DNA of 64,000 nucleotides from Plasmodiophora brassicae (Eukaryota): NCBI GenBank assembly GCA_036867785.1, contig CP145421.1, positions 930,001 to 994,000 of the forward strand, read 5' to 3'. Shown piece by piece: positions 12,726 to 22,496 of this stretch (position 1 is its first letter; each line of letters starts with the position of its first letter). The notes under the pieces were generated by a model. It saw only the letters and a program-made list of their open reading frames with translations, ran no database searches and was not told where the DNA came from. The position numbers and the translations under genes were made by a program.

Positions 12726-13190
12726 ATGACGTCGGTGACCCGCGTGGTGCCGCGTGTTCTGGGCCCCGTGTTCCAGTCGGGCCATGCTAGGAAGGCGATC
12801 TACAGGCGGACGGGGCTGACCGACGAGATGGAGGCGATGCGGGCCAAGCCGGTCGCCGACACGCCCGACGTCGCCCGGACGACGACGACAACGACGACGA
12901 CCCGGGCGGGGCCGTACGTCAGCCCGAGCAAGGCGTTGCTGTGGATGATCCAGCGGCACAAGCCGGTGCCGTTCATCCGCATCCAGAAGATGGTCTTCGA
13001 GCGCAAGCAACGGGACCCGGACGGGCCGTTCAAGCGGGTCGACGACCGGTACAAGCTGAAGAAGATCCTCAACGACATGCGGCGTCGCGGGAAGATCTAC
13101 GTCGTCACGCCCAAGGCGCCGCCGCCCCACATGACGTCGGACATGATGACCGAGGAGTACCTGGCACACTTCATGCCGGTCGACAAATAA
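12726..13190 (+). CDS. Small basic uncharacterised protein, paralog of 12085-12555; its stop codon lies inside the left direct repeat of the recombinase element
   Basis: 154-aa ORF with the same conserved block as its neighbour; ends GAC AAA TAA at 13190. Confidence 0.72.
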   Translation: MTSVTRVVPRVLGPVFQSGHARKAIYRRTGLTDEMEAMRAKPVADTPDVARTTTTTTTTRAGPYVSPSKALLWMIQRHKPVPFIRIQKMVFERKQRDPDGPFKRVDDRYKLKKILNDMRRRGKIYVVTPKAPPPHMTSDMMTEEYLAHFMPVDK

Positions 13191-13212
13191 GGCGTCATTA
13201 TTTTGGGCAACG
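13184..13212 (+). repeat. Left att-like site: AAATAA / GGCGTCA / TTATTT dyad
   Basis: CAAATAA-GGCGTCA-TTATTTTGGGCAACG: inverted hexamers around a 7-bp spacer. Confidence 0.75.
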
Positions 13213-13307
13213 TTCAGGAAAATAACCCTCCCTCAAGGCAAAATAAAGCGCAGGCAACCAGCAACCAGGCAGGCAACCAGGTTGTCAACCAGGGACCGCA
13301 AGCAACC

Positions 13308-15533
13308 ATGGGCCGCGCAATCACTCGGAGTGCGTCGCGGATTGGGAACCCTCAGCCTGTCGCTCGAGCCGCCTCCCCGACCGGTGATTCGCACGCCTTC
13401 GCCATGGCACGGCAACGCGATCGGCGCCGTCCCCGCACGAAACGTCACCGGCTGCCGGCGTCCCAGGTTGAGGCCATCAACGCGCTCGCGGAATCCGGTG
13501 TCCTCGCCGCCATGAATCGGTATGGCTTGGCCATTCTCAACGAACCACTCAACTTGTTCGAGAGGACGGGCACCGGTGTGGAGAACACCAAGAGGGCTTA
13601 CGCGAAACACTGGAGAGGCTTATCGACGTTCTTTGCTGTCATTGGCGACTACGACTCGATGCTGATTCTGGATCCGCGTATCGCCAATGACGCCGCGTGC
13701 CCGTCGATGAAGCTGGACAGCATCCGGTTGTATTTGGACTACAAGCTGCTCCCACCGGGGACCCCGATGTTCGGTGCATCTGGACGAGCATTGCATACGG
13801 CAACGGGCGAACAGCTGATCGCTGAGGGCGGGTGGAACGACCCCAAGATCTGCGAGCAACTGGGCAGCGCCGTCTTCGCCATCCATGTCGAGCGTGGGCA
13901 CACTGGCGACTACTTGGAGCCATGTTCGAACTGCGTCGCTCTATATGCTGACGACCGTTCGACGCCTGGCTGCGAACGCCATCAGTATTGTCGACGGATT
14001 TGGCGATCTGGCAATCCGCGTCGACATCCTGACATGGGCAAGGCGTTGCAGCGTCAGGCTCGAGCACATGCCGCCTACGTCCCGCAGGGCGACAGCGCGC
14101 TGTCGCCATTCGAAGTCGCTCGCCTTCGGAACTACGTGTTCGAGTATGGTGGCAATGACTGGAGACACCTGGGGATGTACGCCATGTTCCGGATCGGTAT
14201 CGACCTGGGCCTTCGTTCTGACGAGCTGTGCTCGATTCGGTATGATGACTTCCTACCGGCGCTGACGACGGTCCGTGACGATGGGGTCGTTGAGTCCCTT
14301 GGAATCAAGGTCTTCGGCAAGGACCAGAAGTGGCGCACTCGAATTCTGTTCCGGAACGACGCGATCCCATCTCTGTGTCCCGTGCGACATCTGTTGGGTT
14401 ATATCGCGGCGTTCTCCATCAAGGAGGAGTATATCTTCCGTGATGATCCTGCAGATCCATCGAAACCGATCTCTTATGACGCGTTCAACAATTGGGTCAG
14501 CGACACTTGCTCTCATCTGTTCGAGCGAGGTGGCCCATGGGGGACACACGTCATGCGCAAGTCCCATTACCATGACGGCCGATGGCGTGGCGCATCGTTC
14601 GGGGACCTGATGAAGTCCGCTGGTCATACATCGGTCCCCAATGCACTCCGGTATTACCAAGACGCGGACACGGTCTACCACATCGCACTTCTGAACCCTC
14701 AAGTGAAGCAGTTCACAACGATGATGTCGCCATGGCGCTCTACCCACATTGACAATTTCAGCATGGCGGCTGCACATGCTGCCGGATCCAGGACCACAAC
14801 CACGTTGTTCGATCTCGCGGACCGGATGTCCAACGACCTGGATCTGTACTCAGAGGAGAATGTCACGCTGCGTGTCTTTGGGGAGAAGTTGCTTCAGAAC
14901 CCGTCGACTAACAGCGTTGACCAGCAGATCGATGAGCTGCTGTCGAGTGTTCCGGCGGACAAGGCCGAGCAATTGCGTGCCTTGATCAGCAAGAAGTTGT
15001 TGGAGGTCGCGACGTCAGTCCAAGCACCTGCCCCCCACAATGCCGTTGCTGCCGCCGTCGATGGCAGTGTTGCTGGCGGTGCTGAATCAGGTGGGCAAGC
15101 GTGTCACGATACCATGAATGGACAAGCAAGCGCCCAACGGAACGGTGGGTCTGTGCCGCAAGCGAATATTCCGCCGGAAGCGCCGCTGCCGAACCGTGTC
15201 GCCAAACGTCGCGGGGGGACCTTCGATGCGCCATCCCGTGGTTTGCTGAAAGATTGCGGCAGTGCCAGGGAACGGCTGGACATCGTCCTTCGTGTTGCTG
15301 ATGAGCTCAAAGAACGGCAATCAAAAGAGCTGACAGAAACGTGTCGGCAGTTTCAAAGTACAGCGGTGAAGCCTGTCATCGCCTGCTTCCAGCGGCATCA
15401 CGGGTCCAATCCTGAGGCGTTTCTGGCGCAATGGCCAACATTCTTTCCGTCCCGATTCGCCTACAAGTGTTGCGACGCGTCTACCGACGATTGCGGTACT
15501 ACCAAGTCGAACGCCAGGTCTACAGGGTCGTGA
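13308..15533 (+). CDS. Tyrosine recombinase (phage-integrase fold), ~741 aa from ATG 13308
   Basis: Catalytic residues intact: R (GLRSDEL), K (GIKVFGKDQK), HxxR (THVMRKS), H (SAGHTS), Y (ALRYYQD). Confidence 0.92.
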   Translation: MGRAITRSASRIGNPQPVARAASPTGDSHAFAMARQRDRRRPRTKRHRLPASQVEAINALAESGVLAAMNRYGLAILNEPLNLFERTGTGVENTKRAYAKHWRGLSTFFAVIGDYDSMLILDPRIANDAACPSMKLDSIRLYLDYKLLPPGTPMFGASGRALHTATGEQLIAEGGWNDPKICEQLGSAVFAIHVERGHTGDYLEPCSNCVALYADDRSTPGCERHQYCRRIWRSGNPRRHPDMGKALQRQARAHAAYVPQGDSALSPFEVARLRNYVFEYGGNDWRHLGMYAMFRIGIDLGLRSDELCSIRYDDFLPALTTVRDDGVVESLGIKVFGKDQKWRTRILFRNDAIPSLCPVRHLLGYIAAFSIKEEYIFRDDPADPSKPISYDAFNNWVSDTCSHLFERGGPWGTHVMRKSHYHDGRWRGASFGDLMKSAGHTSVPNALRYYQDADTVYHIALLNPQVKQFTTMMSPWRSTHIDNFSMAAAHAAGSRTTTTLFDLADRMSNDLDLYSEENVTLRVFGEKLLQNPSTNSVDQQIDELLSSVPADKAEQLRALISKKLLEVATSVQAPAPHNAVAAAVDGSVAGGAESGGQACHDTMNGQASAQRNGGSVPQANIPPEAPLPNRVAKRRGGTFDAPSRGLLKDCGSARERLDIVLRVADELKERQSKELTETCRQFQSTAVKPVIACFQRHHGSNPEAFLAQWPTFFPSRFAYKCCDASTDDCGTTKSNARSTGS

Positions 15534-15652
15534 CGCCCATGAATACATAGTCAGGCATGTCACCTTGTGTTGCGCCATTTATAGCGGGATTGATCCTCGG
15601 ACTAGTGTACGCGCATTTTTTGTGACCGCAAGCAACCACGTTCAACCACTCT

Positions 15653-15674
15653 CGTTACGGCAAATAAGGCGTCA
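15653..15674 (+). repeat. Right att-like site
   Basis: CGTTACGGCAAATAA-GGCGTCA; the last 14 bp are identical to 13184-13197. Confidence 0.75.
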
Positions 15675-15785
15675 GTACAAGGCGCGTTGACTCATCGGCC
15701 GGTCCAGGCATTAGTGCGCCTGGCGCGTTGCGTCATCGTCGTTGCGCCCAGCGGCGACGGTTCGTCACACTCCATTACTATTAAC

Positions 15786-16322
15786 ATGCTGCTGCGTCCC
15801 CGTCTATCAATCGAGGTCGCTGTCCTCGTGGCCGCCACCGCCGTGTCGACCGTCGGCCTATGGCAGTTCGCGCGAGTCGTCCTGGCGCACGACGACGTGC
15901 CGGCGCGTCGCCTCCGGTACGGGTTTGACGGCGCCTGGCGATACGCCATGTGCCTGTCGATGCCCAGCATCATGCTGCTGAACAACCGGCTGCACAAGTC
16001 GATGCCGGGCCTGCCGGCGTCGGTCAACATCCTGCTGGCGCTGCCGCGCCTGCTGGCCGCCCTCGGCATGCTGTACCGCGTCGCCGACTTCGTCGCGTTC
16101 GTCCAGTGGACGGAATCGTCGGGCGTCGTGGCCTGGGCGCCGGCCGCCTTCACCTGGCTGTCGGCGATCGCCGTGGGCGCCGCGTGCGTCGCGGCCGTCG
16201 AGGCTGTCAATACGGCCCTGGCTGTTATCGACAAACGCCGACCCGACGTCGCGATCCTCGACCTGGACGACAAGCGCGCCATGTACGAGCCGCTCGTCAA
16301 CGTCGATGCGAACGTGGCCTGA
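15786..16322 (+). CDS. Small multi-pass membrane protein, unknown function
   Basis: About 4 hydrophobic segments; strong GC3 coding bias; C-terminal YEPL motif. Confidence 0.6.
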   Translation: MLLRPRLSIEVAVLVAATAVSTVGLWQFARVVLAHDDVPARRLRYGFDGAWRYAMCLSMPSIMLLNNRLHKSMPGLPASVNILLALPRLLAALGMLYRVADFVAFVQWTESSGVVAWAPAAFTWLSAIAVGAACVAAVEAVNTALAVIDKRRPDVAILDLDDKRAMYEPLVNVDANVA

Positions 16323-16336
16323 AATACAATCCAGTG

Positions 16337-16612
16337 TTAAACACTACCCGGCATCCGCTGTGTCGCTGACGGCGAGCGCTGCGTGAAGGCGGGCGCGTTC
16401 GTCGTCGTGGTGTTCTCTTTGCCGCGCGCGATCTCGTAGACGGTGGACTGCAACGGCGTCGACACGACCGCCATCTGCATCTCGACGTTGCGCAGCAGCA
16501 GGCCGAGCCGTTCGATCTGCGCGGCGACGTTCGCCACCTGGTCGCGCGCCGACACGACCGCGTCCCGCAGGTCGACCAGCGACTCGAGCTCCCGGACCTC
16601 GACCGCCTCCAT
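16337..16612 (-). CDS. Small coiled-coil protein (weak resemblance to DASH subunit Dad2)
   Basis: MEAVEVRELESLVDLRDAVVSARDQVANVAAQIERL heptad pattern; coding-like GC3. Confidence 0.5.
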   Translation of the reverse strand: MEAVEVRELESLVDLRDAVVSARDQVANVAAQIERLGLLLRNVEMQMAVVSTPLQSTVYEIARGKENTTTTNAPAFTQRSPSATQRMPGSV

Positions 16613-17087
16613 TCGCGCCGGGCACCACGCGCCTCTGATCCAAATACGGCACCGCCATTTCGGCACAGGGCCGAAGAGCGCAGGCGCGTTCGCGTCATGG
16701 GCTGCCCCAGCTAACATCCACAGCAGCTTGGGTTGAGGTCGCCAGGGGATTGGCTGGGTGCGAAGCTTCCGGAATCGTATCGTCGATTAGCGGGGAGACG
16801 ATGGACGATACGTTGGAAGCACCCGCCCACGTTACGGAAGCGGTCTAGGCGGCTGTTTGGCGGCAGGGGACCCCCCTCCCAGTAGGGCGAAACCGATTCG
16901 GGGACCCGAGCGCCACACGGGCCTGGACTGGAGGACTGCACTCTGCAGTCTATTGTTGGACACACACACGGCGGGGCCAGCCAGGTCGTATTTATAGGCG
17001 CCGCTGCGCTCGTCCGTCCCGACCGGCCTGACGCAGCTTCACAATCCGAGATTGAGTGGAGGAGGTGGCGCCGAGCTCTGCCCGGAA

Positions 17088-18231
17088 ATGCAAGGTGGTC
17101 ACTGGGCCAGGTTGGCCCTCGTGGTCGTTCTTGCTGTGTGCGTGTCAGGTGTTGACAACGACGCGAAGTCGAAGGCGATGCGCGCGTTCTCGCACGCGCT
17201 GCTCACCGCCGAGAGCCTTCGGCGGTGCATCGCCGAGAAGGTCGGCGTACGGTTCGATAGCCTGCTGGAGAAAGGGGATTCCAGTGTGGTGTTCAAAGCG
17301 TTCCGCGGCGACGCCCCTCTGGCTGTCAAGATGGTGCCACTGAAAGGGATGCTGCTGTCGACGGACACGTCCGAGTACTTCCACGAGGTTGCCGTCTTGA
17401 AGGACATGGCCGACGTGCCCTATGCCGTCCATTTATCAGGGTCGCCCGATATTATCAAACCCAGCATGTGCTCTGGGGCGCCGATGTCCATTGGTGTCAT
17501 TCCGCTTGAGCTCTACGAAGGCGGCGACCTGCGTAGTTACCTACACACGACCGAGATGAAACGCGGAAGGTACGTTTGCACCCACACGTCTCCTCGTCCC
17601 ATGGTCACAGGCAGCTCGTAGTAATCTGGCGCTGTGGATTGCTGGGAACATGGCTCGTGTCGTCAAGGAGATCAACAGCCGCGGCTGGCAGCATAACAAC
17701 CTGAAGCTCGACAACTTCCTCCTGGACGACAAGGCGACGCTGTCCCGGGTAGTCGCGAGCTCGTTCAGGAAGGCGTCGAGGGAGGAGTCGTACGACAACG
17801 AAGGACCGGACCTGCTGTCTCTGGCCCGGTGGTTCCACCTGCTGATGTACAGTCCAGGGTTCGCGCTGGACATGGAGAAGGTGCTCGGCCGCAGCCTCAA
17901 CGCGATCGTGCTGCGCTGCGTCACCGAGCCGATGATCGACGGCGTCCTGTGCGAAGACGTCGCGCGCCATACGTTCAGGACGAGCGAGGACTGCCGTGAA
18001 GACGCAGCGGGGCTCGTCGAGCGCATTCTGCATTTCGCCAAAGCGCGCTCCGTTGACCTTGATGCGCCGACGTACAGGAAGCCTGGCCGCGGGTCTCTAG
18101 TTGTCATCATCATTTGCTGTTGCGCAGCAGGGTTTGTCGTCGCGTCCGTCGCTGTGTACTTCGCCTTCGACGCCATCCGCCGTCGCCGCCGTCGTCGACC
18201 TGCCCCGACCACTGCCGAATTACTGTTCTGA
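17088..18231 (+). CDS. Signal-peptide, single-pass membrane pseudokinase (2 exons)
   Basis: N-terminal signal LALVVVLAVCVSG; degenerate Gly loop EKGDSSVVF, LAVK, HNNLKLDNFLL in place of HRD, no DFG; C-terminal TM followed by RRRRRRR. Confidence 0.75.
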
Positions 18232-18287
18232 GTCATCTGTGTTGTAAATGATTCGAAGTGTTATGTGTAGTGGCTTGACCTGCGCCC

Positions 18288-20150
18288 TCATATCGAACCT
18301 CCATGCCGGTAGGCGTCGTCGTGAACGCCAACGACGCACCGCCCAGAAGGATCGGCCATGGCCTGGAAGGCCTTGTCCCACAGGAAAGCACGAGGGGTGC
18401 TGCATGCGATTGTCGCCGCCCATGGGACGGTATCGCGGGCAGCCTGCTGGGGGAAGTGCGATTCGAATATCTGCCTGTACAGGTACGCCTCTTTGGTCGT
18501 CGGCGTCTTGTCCAAGAACCGGTACTCGGCAGTCTCCATCATGGCATCGGATACATGGTTCTCTGCGAACTCTTTCAGCGAGTCGATCCACCCATAGCCG
18601 ACGCCGTCTGAGAACTGCTCCTTCTGTCGCCACAGGATGTCATCTGGCAGGTACCGGCCTTTCGAGAAGGCACGTCGCAGGACATACTTTTCCATCCGCT
18701 TTGCGCCAGTTACCTAACCCACTTGTCACACACGCGATCGACATCAGGAACCCGAGGCGGCGGCATTACCTCGTCGCGGGCCATCTTAGCCCGGGCATCG
18801 ATCGACATGGCCATATCGAGGAAACGCGTGTCAAGGAACGGCACTCGGACTTCGACTCCAAACGCCGACATTGCCTTGTTCGCGCGAAGGCAGTCATACT
18901 TGTGCAGGTCCGCGATCTTGTCAATCAGTTCAGCTTGGAAGTCCTCCGCATTCGGGGCTTTGTGGAAGTACAGATAGCCGCCGAACACCTCATCGGAACC
19001 TTCACCGCTCAATACCATTTTGACACCGGTCGCCTTGATGCGACGCGCCAGCAGGAACATTGGGGTGCTGGCCCGCACCGTGGTCAGATCGAACGTCTCC
19101 AGGTGGTAGATGACGTCGGACAGTGCGTCCAGGCCTTCTTGGACAGTAAACGTAAACTCGTGATGTCGTGTTCCGAGGAATTCAGCAACGGAACGCGCTG
19201 GAGAAATCATCGTTAGGGAATATCGCACGTGGACCCTGTTCAGCACGTACCAGCGGCAAGGTCCGGCGATCCTTCCAGCCCTATGGAGAACGATCGGATT
19301 CGGCCTTCGCCGTCACTCGACACCAACCGGTTCGCAATGGACGCGATTAATGATGAGTCAAGGCCACCAGACAGGAGCACCCCGAACGGGACGTCCGCCA
19401 TCAGGTGTGATTTCACAGCGTCCACCAAGGCGTTATGCAGCGCGGTGTCCAGGTCCTCAATCGGATCCGGAACGAACGATGGAGATCGCCACGCAGGCTG
19501 GTACCATAACTGCATGCGGTCAGGCATCGGAAGGCTGGAGTCATACAGGTGCCCTGGAGGGAACTGCATGAATCGTGTACACGAATCGCACAGCGCTTTG
19601 AGTTCACTCGCGAACCAGACGGACCCGTCAGCTGCCCAACCGATGTACAGCGGAACAATCCCGACCGGATCCCGAGCAGCGACGATCCTGTGCGGTCGAT
19701 TCAGACAATGCAGAGCCAGGTATCGGACGCAGTGGCTGACCTGCAGCTGGCGCGATCGTACAGGACGAATGCGAACATACCGCGAAGGTCGTTGACGAAA
19801 TCAGTCTTGCCGCCCGACTGCTGGTACATGTGAATAATGACCTCGCAGTCGGAGTTCGACTTGAACGTGGCTTTGCCACGCATCTCCTCCCGGATATCGA
19901 GATGGTTGTAGATCTCCCCGTTGACGGCCAGGACGACATTCCCATCCGGCGAGTACTGCGGCTGAGCCCCGGTCGTCACGTCCACGATCGTCAACCGCTC
20001 GTGGAGCAGGATCGCGTGACTGTCCGCGTACACGCCCGACCAATCCGGGCCGCGATGCCGCAGTCGTCGCGCCATCATCAACGCCGTTCGCCGGTAGGAC
20101 GCCGCATCGAACCCAGGGCTCAGCCCCGTGATTGCCAGAATCCCACACAT
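18288..20150 (-). CDS. ASNS: Asparagine synthetase, glutamine-hydrolysing, multi-exon
   Basis: MCGI N-terminal nucleophile, [52 protein letters not shown]. Confidence 0.97.
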
Positions 20151-20338
20151 CGTCCAACAGCGACGACAATACCAAAATGATTGCCGCCGGCGCCGAGGCG
20201 TTGGCGAGACTCGACTGTCAAAGCCTCAACCGTGGCCGACTGGGCGAGCTGCACCTCACGCAGTCACGCGCGCGGCGACGCGGAATTGCGCCAGGCACGT
20301 CGTCGTCGTGCGATCGCTGTTGCATCATTCGGGCAGCG

Positions 20339-20949
20339 ATGTCGCGGCGTATCCGGATGACGTTCCCGAAGGCGACGATCAAGGCAATCATGCAGATGGA
20401 CGACGAAGTCGGGAAGATGTCCGCGGAGGTGCCGCTGATGGTGTCGCGGTGCGTCGAGCTGTTCCTGGAAGAGCTCGTCAAGGCCGCCAGCGCAGTCGCT
20501 GCTGAACGCAGCTGCAACATTGTACAGCCCGGCCACCTTAAACAGTGCGTTGCCAATTCGTCCATGTTTGACTTCCTGAGGCCGCTCCTCGAGCACGTCC
20601 CTGATCTAGGCCCTGCGCAAGAAAAGAAACCAAAAGCCCAAAGGTTAGTGACCCGGCGGCGCACCTGTCATTGTCTGCTCATCCACTCGCTTTCAGGGCT
20701 CGGAAACCGAAATCAGAGGCCGCAGAGCAGAAACCCAAGAAAGTGAAAACCGAAGACGACACGGCACCTGTCGTCAAACCAGAACCGACGGCGTCCAGCG
20801 TTGTAGACGTCCCATTGCCGAACGAGGAGGCACCTGTAGAAGAAGTTGCTGTTCCGCCTGAGGAGGCACCCGAGCCGTCCGACGCGGATCTGCTAGGCGT
20901 TGCTGGCGACGACGCCGACGAGGACGATAACTGGGACGAGGAGGATTGA
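20339..20949 (+). CDS. DRAP1: NC2-alpha / Dr1-associated corepressor (histone fold)
   Basis: FPKATIKAIMQMDDEVGKMSAEVPLMVSRCVELFLEELV..HLKQCV..FDFL; acidic tail after one intron. Confidence 0.85.
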
Positions 20950-21158
20950 TAATTGTACAGTAGAGGAATAGTACATGTATTGTCCTGGCACTACTTTCGC
21001 CGACTGGCCGACTTCTACATTTCTCGTACGCGTGCGGTTCCACTTGTGCATAGGTGCACCCGCTGGTACAGCAACTGCCTAACAGCTGCGGGTCTCGGGT
21101 CGGAACAGGCAGTTCGAGTACGATCAGCGGAACATTACGCAGAGAACTGTTCAGCAAT

Positions 21159-21747
21159 TTACTGGAACGTCTTCTTGGTCATGATATTATAGAACTCGTC
21201 CTCGTTGATCATGCCGTCGCCATCGAGATCGGCGCGCGTGATCATCTCCTTCAGCTCCTCCTCGTTCATGTCCTCGCCGAGCTCACGGGCCACGCGCCGC
21301 AGGTTATCCAGCGAGATCTTCCCTTTGTTGTCGTCGTCGAACAACCGGAACACCTTCATAATGTCCTCGCGTGAATCTTTCGATGACATTCGTGCCGTCA
21401 TCATGTCAAGGAACTCATTGAAGTTGATCCTCTTGTCTCCGTCCTTATCGAGCGATTCAAGGACCTGTCGCCGAGTTCCTCGTCAGTTGTCCTCTCCTGC
21501 GTCGGTGAGAGCGCCGACCAACCTGGTAAACCATCTGGTTCTTGACGTCATAGCCGAGCGACTGCATCGCCTGCTTGAGCTCCTGCGGGTCGATCTCGCC
21601 GGTGCCGTCTGTGTCGAACAGGTTGAACGCCTCATGCAGCTCCTCGATCTCTTCGGACGACAACCCGGGGCGCTCATACACGACCTTGGCCGGGGCGCCC
21701 AACCCGGCGACCGACCTCGCGCGCGAACGTCCCAACCCTGACGCCAT
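21159..21747 (-). CDS. Centrin (EF-hand protein)
   Basis: [64 protein letters not shown]. Confidence 0.93.
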
Positions 21748-21962
21748 TCTTCACACTCCTGCAACGAGTCGAACGACAACCAGAGACTGTTCAGGCTGCG
21801 CGTCACTATCACTGGGTACTACGTACTGCTGCCCAGCGCCAGCGCCGCCTTCTCCAACGTGCCTCATCCAGGTCGGCACCTTGGGCTGCCCGGAATCCCG
21901 ACGTGCGTACCTCGAAGACGACGGGTTCAGTATGACGAAATGGTGTATGCCACAGGAGGTGG

Positions 21963-22496
21963 TCAAGGCGTGGCCCAGTGGGACTTGGTTCGCATTTTCG
22001 AATACTTTTGCGCCGGCGCCGCCGTTGATTGCAGGCGCGTGTACCATTTGCTGAGCTTGGCGCTGTCCTGCGAGCGTGGATCGCCGTCGTCGCTGAAGCA
22101 CGCCCGATGGTAGCGCATCTGGACCCGGGCGCCGCGACGCTCCGCGATCAGGTCGCCCAGCGCCGTGATGGGCTTCTTGCACTCCCGGCACATGTGCCCG
22201 AGATCCGCTGGTCGGCATTCCCGCACCTGGAACGACCCTGACGCGGCTGTCACGAACAATAACGCACATGGGCCGCGCGAAGCCAACGTACAGTAATCTT
22301 CGTCGCCGTATTTCGCCACGTGCACTGGTCGTTGACCGGATGGTTTTCGTACGGGCGCCGCCTTCTTCCTCGCCGTACGCACTGGTCCGACCTCGCTTGC
22401 CTCGTCCACAACATGATGACCATTCGCCCCAGCAACCTTCTCGTCCGTGTCCTCGCACGGCCCGCCCGTCAGCGTCTCGGATGCCTTCCCGTGCAT
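21963..22496 (-). CDS. Small protein with a PARP-type zinc-finger-like CxxC...HxxC motif
   Basis: CRECKKPI...RYHRACF; probably contains an in-frame intron. Confidence 0.55.
   Translation of the reverse strand: MHGKASETLTGGPCEDTDEKVAGANGHHVVDEASEVGPVRTARKKAAPVRKPSGQRPVHVAKYGDEDYCTLASRGPCALLFVTAASGSFQVRECRPADLGHMCRECKKPITALGDLIAERRGARVQMRYHRACFSDDGDPRSQDSAKLSKWYTRLQSTAAPAQKYSKMRTKSHWATP

Larger units (their letters stand above)
13184..15674 (+). mobile_element. Tyrosine-recombinase (Crypton-like) integrative element bounded by 14-bp direct repeats
   Basis: CAAATAAGGCGTCA at 13184-13197 and 15661-15674 flanks a single intronless YR ORF; no reverse transcriptase, no long TIRs. Confidence 0.85.

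Noticed and set aside
13184-15674. DIRS retrotransposon or Starship-type giant element interpretation
   Set aside because: No RT/RNase H/gag ORFs and no cargo between the repeats; the flanking genes look like ordinary host genes
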